Origin: an uncultured Acidimicrobiia bacterium
GTDB taxonomy: Bacteria > Acidobacteriota > Terriglobia > Versatilivoradales > Versatilivoraceae
Assembly: GCA_963786955.1 (NCBI GenBank)
Contig: CAWBAT010000005.1
Span: 1,536,001 to 1,600,000, forward strand
DNA: 64,000 nt
Reading direction: 5' to 3'
Shown here one piece after another: positions 53,388 to 62,841 of this stretch. Both the position numbers and the translations under genes were made by a program. The notes beneath the pieces were generated by a model, which was given only the letters and a program-made list of their open reading frames with translations, did not search any database and was not told the origin of the DNA. How positions within the stretch are numbered: the first letter of the stretch is position 1; each line of letters opens with the position of its first letter.

Positions 53388-54373
53388 GGTTTCTCACCTG
53401 GCTTATGTTCATGGGAATTGGTCGCACGAATGAGCGCGTTCGGTTGAGTTTTGATCGTTGCGGTAAAATCCTTTAGATTCTCCGTAATACGCTGCATGTT
53501 GACGAGGATTTCATCGATCTTTTCAGCGTTAACATCCAGGGTCTGATCGAGCCGTGCTGTAACGTCCGTCATGTTGCTTAAGGCGCGGCGAAGCTCCAAC
53601 ACGGCCTGGCGGATGTCGGCCCGGTTTTCTCCAATCATGGAGTCGAGGTGATTCAAGGTTTGCTTCGCCTCATCGGAGGTCTTGCGAAAATCCTCGAGAA
53701 GCGGGCCTAGTCTTTGGCTAACGGCGTTGATGTTTTGAAGCGTAGACTTCACCTGAGGACGATTTTCTTCGATCATTCCACGGGTTTCTTCGATCATTCC
53801 ACGGGTGTTTGAGAGCGTGGCAGACAGGTTTGCGCGGTTTTGAGCACTCAGTAGATCGTTCACGCGCACGATCGTTTCTTTCAGTTCGGTCGCGCGACTA
53901 TTCAGAGAATGCAAGAGTTCTTGAGCTTGGGGAGCAATGGTGTTGATTTGCGAGACAAGGGCGTTGAAATCCAGGTAGTTCTCGGACGGGAGAAGAGAAT
54001 CATTGGTGGCGAGAGCGGCCTCGGAAGATCCGGGCAGAATCTCCAAATGGTTGTCTCCGAGCGGGCTCATGCTCATAATTTTCACGCGGCTATCGGTCTT
54101 GATCGGTAAATCGGATTGTACGCTGAAGGTGATGTCGAGGCGCGATGAATCCTGGGCATCGAGTCGCACTTTGTCGACGTGACCGACCTTTGGCCCGCCG
54201 GCATAACGAACCGCTGTGCCGGGCTCGATCCCGCCCGCAAAATTAAAGTAAGCATGGTAGCTGCGGGTCGTATGACCGAACAGTCCACTCATGGCGAAGA
54301 TCGTTGCAATCAACATTGCCCCGGCAATCACTACAAAGAGGCCCACCAAGGCCTGTTCACGTTTGGGTTCCAT
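53384..54373 (-). CDS. mlaD: MCE/MlaD-family protein with long helical extension
   Basis: VGLFV TM anchor, AGGIEPGTAVRYAGG..VGHV, SPLGDNHLEILPG and a coiled-coil tail. Confidence 0.88.
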   Translation of the reverse strand: MEPKREQALVGLFVVIAGAMLIATIFAMSGLFGHTTRSYHAYFNFAGGIEPGTAVRYAGGPKVGHVDKVRLDAQDSSRLDITFSVQSDLPIKTDSRVKIMSMSPLGDNHLEILPGSSEAALATNDSLLPSENYLDFNALVSQINTIAPQAQELLHSLNSRATELKETIVRVNDLLSAQNRANLSATLSNTRGMIEETRGMIEENRPQVKSTLQNINAVSQRLGPLLEDFRKTSDEAKQTLNHLDSMIGENRADIRQAVLELRRALSNMTDVTARLDQTLDVNAEKIDEILVNMQRITENLKDFTATIKTQPNALIRATNSHEHKPGEKP

Positions 54374-54393
54374 CGTGCTCCCTTCTTGGCTGC

Positions 54394-55227
54394 CTATGTC
54401 TTGCCAGAACGACGTTCCTCGGTGAGCATCTGGAGATAGTCCAATTCCCTTGAAACCTCCGGCTCAGCCACCCGATCCAGAAATTGCCGCACCCGCGGCT
54501 GTGTGCTTGACCGCATCTCCGCGGTCGTGCCGATCGCTACAATATTCCCCTTATCAATGAGGACCATTCGGTCTGCAACCAAGAACGCGCTTGCCAACTC
54601 GTGGGTCACCACCAGGATGGTCATCCGAAAGGCCTGCTTTAGCTCCAGAATGAGCTGATCAATGCCAGCTGCGATGATTGGATCTAATCCGGCAGAGGGT
54701 TCGTCAAACAACAAGATCTCGGGGTCCATGGCCAGAGCCCGAGCCACTGCCGCACGTTTCTTCATACCCCCGCTGAGTTCTGAAGGGAGGTAGTATTCAA
54801 AACCCTCGAGCCCGACCTGCTCCAGCTTGAGCCGCACCATGATTTCAATGGTTGATTCTTCCAGTTTCGTATGTTCCTGGAGTGGAAGAGCGACGTTTTC
54901 CCCCACGGTCATGGAACCAAAAAGCGCTCCCCCCTGAAACGATACCCCCATTTTCTTGCGGATTTCGTCCATCTCGGCCTGCGATATGGTGGCAATATTC
55001 TTGCCTTTAATCCAAATCTCCCCCGAGCTCGGTTTTGCCAGACCCATAATCGTTCTTAACAGCGTGCTCTTCCCCGATCCTGAACCGCCTAAGATCACAA
55101 GGACCTCGCCGCGCTGGACCTCAAAGCTGACGCCGTGCAGAATTTCTCTGTCTCCGTAGCTCGCGCGGACCTCTCGCAGAGAAATCATGGAGCTTGATTC
55201 GAACGAGATGGGATCATTCTGTTCCAT
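54394..55227 (-). CDS. mlaF: MlaF-type ABC ATPase
   Basis: [36 protein letters not shown] and VTH. Confidence 0.92.
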   Translation of the reverse strand: MEQNDPISFESSSMISLREVRASYGDREILHGVSFEVQRGEVLVILGGSGSGKSTLLRTIMGLAKPSSGEIWIKGKNIATISQAEMDEIRKKMGVSFQGGALFGSMTVGENVALPLQEHTKLEESTIEIMVRLKLEQVGLEGFEYYLPSELSGGMKKRAAVARALAMDPEILLFDEPSAGLDPIIAAGIDQLILELKQAFRMTILVVTHELASAFLVADRMVLIDKGNIVAIGTTAEMRSSTQPRVRQFLDRVAEPEVSRELDYLQMLTEERRSGKT

Positions 55228-55248
55228 CGACGATGTCCCAATGCTTTA

Positions 55249-56043
55249 TTAATCACTGACAAAATAAAATAGTGCAGTAAAGATGACATCGACCAAAATC
55301 ACAAGAAAAATGGACATGACCACAGCTCGGGTTGTCGAGCGGCCGACCTGTTCTGCACCCGCCCCCGTGGATAGCCCCTCCAAACAGCCTACTGCGGTAA
55401 TCGTAATACCAAACATCACGCTCTTGATCAAGCCGGTTGTGATGTCGCGGAGGAAGAGGGAATCGATGGAAGCTTTGATATACTGCATAAAACCGAATCC
55501 CGCTTGAGAGACGCCAAACAGTGACCCTCCCAAGATTCCCATGGAATTTGCCCAGATGGTGAGGCAGGGCAGCATGACAATCATAGCGAGGAACTTCGGG
55601 GTGACAAGGAAACGGATGGGGCTGATCGCCATCGTTTCTAAGGCATCGATTTCCTCGGTCACTTTCATGGTCCCGATCTCAGCCGCAAACGCCGAGCCGG
55701 AGCGTCCGATCACGACAATGGCGGTCACCAAAGGGCCCAGTTCTCTGGAAATGGAGACTGCGACAGCCGTCGCGACGTAACTGATCGCCCCAAATTTCCG
55801 AAGTTCGTAGGCACTCTGGAGCGCCATAATCAGTCCGATGAAAAAAGTAATCAGGGAAACGATGGGGAGTGCACGAACCCCCACATCCAGGGCTTGTGAT
55901 ACCGTGCGCTGGAAATGCAAAGGTTTCCCTTGAAACGGAGCAACCACCGTGTAGTAGGCTGCGCGTCCTCCGAGCGACGCCAGAGAGCCAATGTACGCAA
56001 GACCACTCGTTACACTTCCGCCGATTTGAGAGACCATCTGCAT
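55249..56043 (-). CDS. mlaE: MlaE-type ABC permease
   Basis: RELGP, GRSGSAFAAEIGTMKVTEEIDAL and GAEQVGRSTT. Confidence 0.93.
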   Translation of the reverse strand: MQMVSQIGGSVTSGLAYIGSLASLGGRAAYYTVVAPFQGKPLHFQRTVSQALDVGVRALPIVSLITFFIGLIMALQSAYELRKFGAISYVATAVAVSISRELGPLVTAIVVIGRSGSAFAAEIGTMKVTEEIDALETMAISPIRFLVTPKFLAMIVMLPCLTIWANSMGILGGSLFGVSQAGFGFMQYIKASIDSLFLRDITTGLIKSVMFGITITAVGCLEGLSTGAGAEQVGRSTTRAVVMSIFLVILVDVIFTALFYFVSD

Positions 56044-56085
56044 GATGATTTTTGCCAGCTCACAACGTGCGTCACCTTGAAAATG

Positions 56086-56418
56086 TCAGGGTGCTAATGC
56101 CTGCTCTTCATTGTCGTAAACTTCGAAAATCTTCAGCAGCCGAGAAAGTTGCAAAACTTCGCGGGCAGAGGTACTCAATCCGAATAGGATGAAGCGCGTC
56201 CCGAGATCCCGAGACGCCTTAAGACCCTCGATTAAAGAGGCCACGCCGGAGCTGTCGATGTATCTTACCTTGATCAGGTTCATGACCACACGAGGCCTTC
56301 GCATTTCGCGGATTTCACGCATTAGCGCCTTCCGTAACTCCGGGGAGTTCGCTAGATCGATGTCTCCCACCACGTCTAAAATCGTGGCTTGCCCGACTTG
56401 CCGATCGGAAATCTGCAT
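56086..56418 (-). CDS. STAS-domain anti-sigma-factor antagonist / MlaB-like protein
   Basis: Start MQISDRQ after GAGGAG; GDID and YIDSSG (phosphoacceptor Ser motif of RsbV/SpoIIAA). Confidence 0.88.
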   Translation of the reverse strand: MQISDRQVGQATILDVVGDIDLANSPELRKALMREIREMRRPRVVMNLIKVRYIDSSGVASLIEGLKASRDLGTRFILFGLSTSAREVLQLSRLLKIFEVYDNEEQALAP

Positions 56419-56431
56419 AGTGTCTTCTCCT

Positions 56432-56959
56432 CTAAGAATTGGGATCGAGCTTCGCGGGCTGCAGGTATTTGACCAATCGCAGCTGGTTCGTACGACCCAC
56501 ACGCGTAAACTCGACGGTGTCCATCGCTTGCCGGATGAAGTGCAACCCTAGTCCGCCAGGCCGTATTTCGTCCAATTGACGGCCACAAAGTTTGGCCGTA
56601 TCAATCGCTGGGCCCCGGTCCCACAAGAGAACCTCAAGTCCCTCGTTGAGCAGGCCATTGGAGCGGCGTTGAACCCGCCGAAAATAGAGCGCGATGGGTT
56701 TGTTCAAGTGGCCGCAATAAGCATGTCGCATCACGTTGCAAACCGCTTCGTCAACCGCTCGAGTCACCGACCGGCGCTCTGGAGCAGAGAATCCGAAGAC
56801 TTCTGTCAGACGTTCCACTGCTCCCCGGATGACGCAGAGCAAATTCGGATTGCTGCGCAGTTCGAGTTTCAGCAATAAACCGCGGTTCAGCTCGAAGTCC
56901 CGTTTCTCAGCATCACGTTCCCCTTTGGGAAATAAGTTTTCATGAACCGCCCTGGCCAA
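56432..56959 (-). CDS. RsbW/SpoIIAB-type anti-sigma Ser kinase (HATPase_c_2)
   Basis: AVDEAVCNVMRHAY (N box), DRG (G1) and GGLGL (G2). Probable TTG start at 56959 after AGGAG; the ORF extends to ATG 57007. Confidence 0.85.
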   Translation of the reverse strand: MARAVHENLFPKGERDAEKRDFELNRGLLLKLELRSNPNLLCVIRGAVERLTEVFGFSAPERRSVTRAVDEAVCNVMRHAYCGHLNKPIALYFRRVQRRSNGLLNEGLEVLLWDRGPAIDTAKLCGRQLDEIRPGGLGLHFIRQAMDTVEFTRVGRTNQLRLVKYLQPAKLDPNS

Positions 56960-57009
56960 GTTTTTCTCCTGATTGTTGGAGCTTGCCGGTGATCTTCTCG
57001 GCTGCATGC

Positions 57010-57160
57010 CTAAGTACTGCGTTTCATAAATATGGCCACGTATTTTGGATGGTGGAACGCGCGCTCCCGCGCGCGTTCAGCGTGCGACGGAGCGCCCGCT
57101 CCACCCCGTTTGCTGGCAGCTTGTCAATACGTCAGTGTATTCATGAAACACAGCACTCAG
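57010..57160. mobile_element. MITE-like element with imperfect terminal inverted repeats enclosing a REP pair
   Basis: CTAAGTACTGCGTTTCATAAATA ... TATTCATGAAACACAGCACTCAG (19/23 complementary), with internal GGTGG-type palindromes. Confidence 0.55.
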
Positions 57161-57287
57161 TGCCGCCATGCGCCAACCTTTCTGAAGTCCACGACGAACT
57201 GTGCAGACAACCCGGCTCATCGGTGCGGATTTTTTCCACTTCGTAAAGCCTCTCATTCCGGTGTGGAAGTACCGCCCACCCTTGTGT

Positions 57288-58439
57288 CTAGCAAACTTCA
57301 ACCAAAACGAGAGACACATCATCCGCGGGTAGTCCGCCGCCCCAGGCGACTACTCGATCGAGAATGCCGCACTTCATTTCGTTGAACGGCAAGAGCGCGG
57401 TCTCACGAACAAAATTCTGAACCCCTTCGACACCGAGCATTTTGCCACGAGAATCGAACACGTCAGTAATGCCGTCCGTATAAAGGACAATGCGGTCCTG
57501 TGGACGCAACTCTACATCAAGAGTCGCATCCATGTCCACCGAGTCAGTAAACGCGCCGAGGACCGCGCTGCAAGACTCGAGCAGCCGCGGCTCTTGACCC
57601 CGACGGGCTACCATCACAGGGGGATGGCCTGCTCCGGCAAAGGCCATGCGGCGCCCATCACGATCGATCCGCACCGCCGAGAGAGTGAACAGGAATCCCG
57701 TGCTGCCAATCGTATCGATCACGAAACGGTTCAACTGCTGGAGCATGTCGGCGAGCTGCAAGCCACTTCGCAAATGGGTCACGGTTTCGGTGTAGATGCG
57801 GTTGGCAACAAGCGCCGAACTGATGCCGTGGCCGGAGACATCGCACACGAGCAGATTGAGATGCTCCCCATTCCTCGGGCTCACAAGGGCAAAGTCGCCC
57901 CCGATTGCGCGCGCCGGGTGATAGAAGGTGTCGACGCGCATGCCCTCCCATACAAGCGACCTTGGTAAAAGGCTTTGTTGAACACGCGCGGCCAGGGCAA
58001 GATCTTGTTCGATTTCCATCTGGCGTTTTTCCAGCTGCGCGTTCAACGACCGCAGCTGATCTTCGGCCCGTTTTTGCTCCGAAATATCTGTGAATGTCGC
58101 CACTCCGTACTTCCGCCCGTTGAGGTCTTCGATCCTCCGCGAGCTGATGATGACAGGCAAACGGCTGCCGTCCTTTCGCGGGAGGACGAATCCATATCGG
58201 TTGTGTCCCACGCGGATCGCGATTTCGATCTGCTCCGAGAGATATCTCCATTCCTCGCAAGAATAAAATCGGGACGACTTGATCCCGATCAGGTCCTCGC
58301 GCGACATCCCCGTCATTTCGACAAACACGGAGTTGGCGAAGAGGATGTGATTGGAGTCGTCGGCAATGATGACCCCTTCGTTAAGCGCCTCCAAAACATT
58401 TCCCATCTGGCTTAGCCATTCCGGCTTTTCCATGTCCAT
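57288..58439 (-). CDS. PAS-domain PP2C/SpoIIE phosphatase (RsbP/RsbU-like)
   Basis: PAS (EGVII.D..ILFAN..DISEQK), VQQSLLP, IGGDF, DVSGHG, AGHPP, YTDGITD and DDVS. Confidence 0.9.
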   Translation of the reverse strand: MDMEKPEWLSQMGNVLEALNEGVIIADDSNHILFANSVFVEMTGMSREDLIGIKSSRFYSCEEWRYLSEQIEIAIRVGHNRYGFVLPRKDGSRLPVIISSRRIEDLNGRKYGVATFTDISEQKRAEDQLRSLNAQLEKRQMEIEQDLALAARVQQSLLPRSLVWEGMRVDTFYHPARAIGGDFALVSPRNGEHLNLLVCDVSGHGISSALVANRIYTETVTHLRSGLQLADMLQQLNRFVIDTIGSTGFLFTLSAVRIDRDGRRMAFAGAGHPPVMVARRGQEPRLLESCSAVLGAFTDSVDMDATLDVELRPQDRIVLYTDGITDVFDSRGKMLGVEGVQNFVRETALLPFNEMKCGILDRVVAWGGGLPADDVSLVLVEVC

Positions 58440-58814
58440 GTAGGTTCTCTTGGGGGATTTTTGCGCTTCCAACGTTTCAGATCCGAAGGCGTTCTTTAGC
58501 GAGCGCTCGCGAAGAAAGCCGGGAAGCAGACACAGCGACACCTTCAATGTAGAGTCATGACAACTTCTCCAGGGAGTATAGCGACACAACCCGGGGGGAA
58601 TCAACAGACATTAGAAAGATGTTCACCCAAAATCGAAATGTCCGGTTTGTAGCTTTCAGGTTTCATTGGGTTTTCCAAGGAAAGTCGATTGGGTCAGGGA
58701 ATTCCGGAATAGGGAGAAAACAATTCTGCTTCACTTGAATCGGAGGATTAGTGGCGAGGATGGCGGAACTTTCGGGAAGTAATGGGACAGATCGAAACCT
58801 TCCCAGGGGGGCCT

Positions 58815-58956
58815 CTAACCCGGATTTCTCACCACCAGCGCCGCATGAGGGCATGTGGCCTACAACCTCTGTAGGCCGGGTGACCCCCCCCGGCGTACTG
58901 GATTCTTCAAAATATAAGGTGTCTGTTTCCCCCCGGTGGTGAGAAATCCGGGCTAG
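58815..58956. mobile_element. MITE-like element with 22-bp terminal inverted repeats (TA at both ends) enclosing a GTAG REP pair
   Basis: CTAACCCGGATTTCTCACCACC ... GGTGGTGAGAAATCCGGGCTAG (21/22 complementary). Confidence 0.65.
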
Positions 58957-58979
58957 AACGCTGCGAGAATTTCGCTGGA

Positions 58980-60380
58980 CTAGAGCGGCAGGCGCACTTG
59001 AAACACCGTGCGGCCAGGAGCTGACTCAACGCGGATCGATCCTTTATGGTTCCGGATGATGCGTTGCACGATATCGAGTCCAAGTCCGGTGCCTTCGCCC
59101 ACGGGCTTGGTAGTGAAAAACGGATCGAAAATACGGCTCTGCACGTCGGCCGCAATACCCGTTCCATTATCCACGATTTCGACCAAAATTCCGTCAGGCT
59201 CAACACAGGTTCTGATGCGGAGCAGTTTAGGCTGGCCCGGTGGCAGGTTTCCCATCGCATGGATCGCATTGTCGATGAGATTGGTCCAAATCTGGTTCAG
59301 GGCACTGCCATTGGCACGGACACGGGGCAGGTTTTGAGCAAATTGACGCGATACCTCTATGCCATGCTTGAGCTGGTGTTGAAACATGCGCAGCGTCACA
59401 TCGATACCCTGTTCGATATCCACTTCGGCGACAGGGCTCTGGTCCATATAGGAGTAAGATTTAACGGCTTGCACCAGATCGGACATGCGGCGCGAGGCCT
59501 CTTCCAACTCGCGCGTGAGGCAGAGGATCTCGAAGTCGGCAACCAGGAGGCGGAGTCCCAGCGTGAGGACTTCAGTGGAGATAAGTGAAGTAAGGGGTTG
59601 GATCTTCTCGGCAGTAACCTGGGCATCTACAAGTCCGGAGGCTAGTTCGCCCGGGAGACCTTTGGCTTGGAGCCAGTCGGCCAAGTCGGATTCGAGATCA
59701 GCCCGCTCGAGGGCGTCGATTTTTCCGGGCGTGGTGGCGCATTCGGTCAAGTTTTGAGTGACCTCAGACATGATCTCGCGGGCCCGATCGGGAAGAACAT
59801 TGCCAAGCATGGCGATGGCGTATTTGCGGCGCTCGGTGAGCACTTCACGCAAGCGGGCCGACGAACGAACGGCAGCCGAGGCAGGGTTGTTGAGTTCGTG
59901 CGCAAGACCGGCGGCGAGTTTACCTAAGGAGAGAAGTCGGTTCGAGCTTTCTTCCATGCGGGTGAACACACGCGTGCGTTCCGTCATCTCAGATACGAGC
60001 CTTTGGGCGAGAATGGGCGCCCGATAGACGAGTTCGCGAAGAAGAGAGGCGTCCATGGTGCCAACTTTGGTCGGCTGCACGGCCCATCCGCGGACGCTCG
60101 ATGTTTTCATGCGAGAGAAAGGCAGGACTCCCGTGGCCCGGCCGGCGGTGACCACGATAATCTCGTCAAGCCCAGTGGGCCGGAAATGCATCTCCCCCTC
60201 AAGAACGATAATGAAATCCCTGACCGGGTCACCTTCCCGCAACATGACGTCGCCGGATTCGTAGCGGCGTACTTCCAATTGGCTGGCGATCCACTCAACC
60301 GCCTCCAAGCTCTCGTCGTTGAAGAGTGGAAATTGGAGCAGTTCTTCAGCAGTGACCCTTTCGGGAGCAGATTGCGGCAT
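58980..60380 (-). CDS. Soluble histidine kinase with N-terminal cyclic-nucleotide-binding-like domain
   Basis: Start MPQSAPE; cNMP-like REGDP..IVLEG; AHELNNP, NLIDNA, DNGTG, FDPFFTTK and GTGLGL. Confidence 0.9.
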   Translation of the reverse strand: MPQSAPERVTAEELLQFPLFNDESLEAVEWIASQLEVRRYESGDVMLREGDPVRDFIIVLEGEMHFRPTGLDEIIVVTAGRATGVLPFSRMKTSSVRGWAVQPTKVGTMDASLLRELVYRAPILAQRLVSEMTERTRVFTRMEESSNRLLSLGKLAAGLAHELNNPASAAVRSSARLREVLTERRKYAIAMLGNVLPDRAREIMSEVTQNLTECATTPGKIDALERADLESDLADWLQAKGLPGELASGLVDAQVTAEKIQPLTSLISTEVLTLGLRLLVADFEILCLTRELEEASRRMSDLVQAVKSYSYMDQSPVAEVDIEQGIDVTLRMFQHQLKHGIEVSRQFAQNLPRVRANGSALNQIWTNLIDNAIHAMGNLPPGQPKLLRIRTCVEPDGILVEIVDNGTGIAADVQSRIFDPFFTTKPVGEGTGLGLDIVQRIIRNHKGSIRVESAPGRTVFQVRLPL

Positions 60381-60390
60381 GAGATTCTCT

Positions 60391-62049
60391 CTATCGATTG
60401 CGCATGTATTGGCGGACAAAGTAAAGCACGATGGAGCCTTCCCCCACGCTATTGGCGACGCGGCGAATGGCTCCATCCCGGACGTCACCAACGGCGAAGA
60501 CGCCGGGCACGCTGGTTTCCAGCAGATAGGGATCGCGAGCGAGGTTCCAACCAGCCGGGCGCTTGCCGCCATTCAATAGATTGGGACCGGTTACAAGGAA
60601 GCCCTTGCTGTCACGGCATACGATGCCATCCAACCATTGCGTATGCGGTTCGGCTCCAATAAAAATAAAGAGTGCCGACGCGGGCAGCTTTTCCGTAGTT
60701 TGGCTGTCATGGTGGTGGACAGTGATTTCTTCGAGACGATCGCCACCGCTCACTTCAATGACTTCGGAGTTGGGGATGACCGAGATTTTCGGAAGGGTGT
60801 GGATCCGCTCGACGAGGTAGTGAGACATCGATTTCGACAAGGATTCGCCACGAACGATCATTTTGATGGAGCGCGCGACTTCGGAGAAATGGACCGCGGA
60901 CTGGCCGGCGGAATTGGCTCCTCCGACGATGTAGACGTCCTCGTCTTTACAGGACGAGTATTCGGTGATCGCCGCTCCATAGTAAACACCCGCGCCGGTA
61001 AGCCGTTCCATGCCGGGGACGTCGAGCCGCCGCCACTGGACTCCGGCGGCGATGACGACGCTGTGCGCCGCCAGTTCCTGACCGTTGGATAGCTTGATGA
61101 CGCGATACTCGCCTTCGATGAGGAGACCCACGGCATCGGCGGGTGCGAGGACTTCGGTCCCGAACCGGCGCACTTGGGCGACACCGCGGCGGGCGAGATC
61201 CGCGCCGCTCAGACCGGAGGGAAACCCGAGATAATTTTCGATGCGTGAACTGAGGCCGGCCTGACCCCCCGCGGCTTCTCGCTCCACGAGAACCGTCTTC
61301 AGACCCTCGGTGCTGCAATACAGAGCGCATGCGAGTCCGGCGGGTCCAGCTCCGACCACAATGACATCATAGAAACGGCGGCTAGGGGTCGAGACGAGCC
61401 CCAATTTTTCGGCTACCTGCGATAGCTCGGGGCGTTCCAGGATAGACCCATCCGGGAAAATGACGACCGGCATCACCATTGTCTTCTCGCCGAGAGCTGC
61501 CTGGACCCGCGGAACGGAAATACCATCGGGTTCGATCCAGCGATAGGGAACCTGGCTTTTGGCGAGAAAATCCTTGAGGCGGTGTGTTTCAGGCGCCCAA
61601 CGGGTGCCGACAACGTAAACTCCGTCGAATGATTCCTGTTGGCCGGCTTGCCAGTCTTCGAGTTGGTCGGAGAGTACCGGATAGAGATTTTGTTCCGGCG
61701 GTTCCCAAGGCTTCAGCAGGTAGTGATTGAGTTTGACTTTGTTGATCGCGTCGATGGCCGCAGCGGAGTCTGCATAGGCGGTGAGCAACACGCGGCGGGC
61801 TTCCGGCTGCAATGTGATGACCGCTTGAAGAAACTCGGTGCCATTCATCTGCGGCATTCGCTGATCCACGAGGAAGAGCGCAACCCGGTCGCCGCGCGCT
61901 GTCAACTGACGGACGATGCCGATTCCCTTCTGCGCCGAATCGACCGCAAGGATGCGATAGTTCGGAGCGAACTTTATTTTAAGATCGCGCTCCACGGCAT
62001 GCAGCACGGAATCATCGTCGTCAATCGCTAGGATGTAGGGCTTCTTCAT
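60391..62049 (-). CDS. Response-regulator receiver fused to a thioredoxin-reductase-like flavoprotein
   Basis: IDDD..DQRMP..LLTAY..KPW receiver; GAGPAG, SSRIENYLGFP, GGANSAGQ, FIFIG and GDVR. No CxxC. Confidence 0.9.
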   Translation of the reverse strand: MKKPYILAIDDDDSVLHAVERDLKIKFAPNYRILAVDSAQKGIGIVRQLTARGDRVALFLVDQRMPQMNGTEFLQAVITLQPEARRVLLTAYADSAAAIDAINKVKLNHYLLKPWEPPEQNLYPVLSDQLEDWQAGQQESFDGVYVVGTRWAPETHRLKDFLAKSQVPYRWIEPDGISVPRVQAALGEKTMVMPVVIFPDGSILERPELSQVAEKLGLVSTPSRRFYDVIVVGAGPAGLACALYCSTEGLKTVLVEREAAGGQAGLSSRIENYLGFPSGLSGADLARRGVAQVRRFGTEVLAPADAVGLLIEGEYRVIKLSNGQELAAHSVVIAAGVQWRRLDVPGMERLTGAGVYYGAAITEYSSCKDEDVYIVGGANSAGQSAVHFSEVARSIKMIVRGESLSKSMSHYLVERIHTLPKISVIPNSEVIEVSGGDRLEEITVHHHDSQTTEKLPASALFIFIGAEPHTQWLDGIVCRDSKGFLVTGPNLLNGGKRPAGWNLARDPYLLETSVPGVFAVGDVRDGAIRRVANSVGEGSIVLYFVRQYMRNR

Positions 62050-62423
62050 TGTTTCATTCGCGTTGCTTGCTCACTCAACCTCTGCAACTCGGTAGGTTCC
62101 GGGTCTACATTCGGACCAAAGCGGCGCATGACTTTGCCTTTTCCCTCTCCGAGGATCTTGGTAAATCTCCACTGGATGTCACGCTCGGTCTGGCCAGTCA
62201 AATGGCAGTAGAGCCGCGTGATGTCCGCGCCTTTCACGCTGACCTTAGCCAGCAATGGGGCGGCCTCACTAAAATTCCGCTTTCAGAATGTCTGGATATT
62301 TGCGGTGGTGCCCGGTTCATTGCCACCATGAGTGTCGGCGGGCACCCGCACATCGACGAATCTTATCTTACCATTGTCCTTACCGAAAATCCCCTCCTGC
62401 TCCTTAAATCTTGCAGTGGCTCA
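62046..62423 (-). pseudogene. Degenerate glutathione-peroxidase (Gpx/BtuE-like) gene
   Basis: One frame reads ..FKEQE..F..VP.D..GGNEPGT..IQTF*KRNF..PLLAKVSVKG..LY..LT..DIQWRFTKIL..GKV.RRF.P. In-frame TGAs lie at 62283-62285 and 62421-62423. Its stop overlaps the ATG of the receiver-TrxB gene. Confidence 0.7.
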
Positions 62424-62841
62424 ACTCCTTCCCATTCTGAGCCGGATTTGGCGATGGTGCATTCTCCATTCTTTCAAAATCCTTGGCAGATGAATCTCAC
62501 GAATGGAAATCAGAACATCGAGGCAATCTCGGCGTAGACCTCCAACCGGCGGTACCATTAGAGGAACTTCCGCCCTGGTTTACAATTTGTTCCCCATGAA
62601 GAACTCGTCAGTAGAATTCAACTGTGGAAGGATGGTTAGAATTCGCCTCCTTTGTTTCCTAAGATGCGCAATCCAACTGTCGATGTCAGCGGTAGGCAGG
62701 GCCAGAAGTGCTCTTGGTTTTATATGGGGACCCAATTTTTCGATACAGCGGTGCGATTCCTTTACATTCTCATACCAAGTTGCAAACAAATAGGTACATA
62801 GAGTTGAGCTAACTTCTCCAGCGGAGGCGGTTCGAAACAAG

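Noticed and set aside
11034-58956. Short palindromic repeats as a CRISPR array
   Set aside because: They are dispersed and variable, lack regular repeat-spacer periodicity, and no cas genes are present.
62424-62840. Possible decayed glutathione S-transferase or four-helix-bundle fragment upstream of the Gpx relic
   Set aside because: The similarity (FFMGNKL*TRAEV, SAGEV) is too weak to call without an HMM search.
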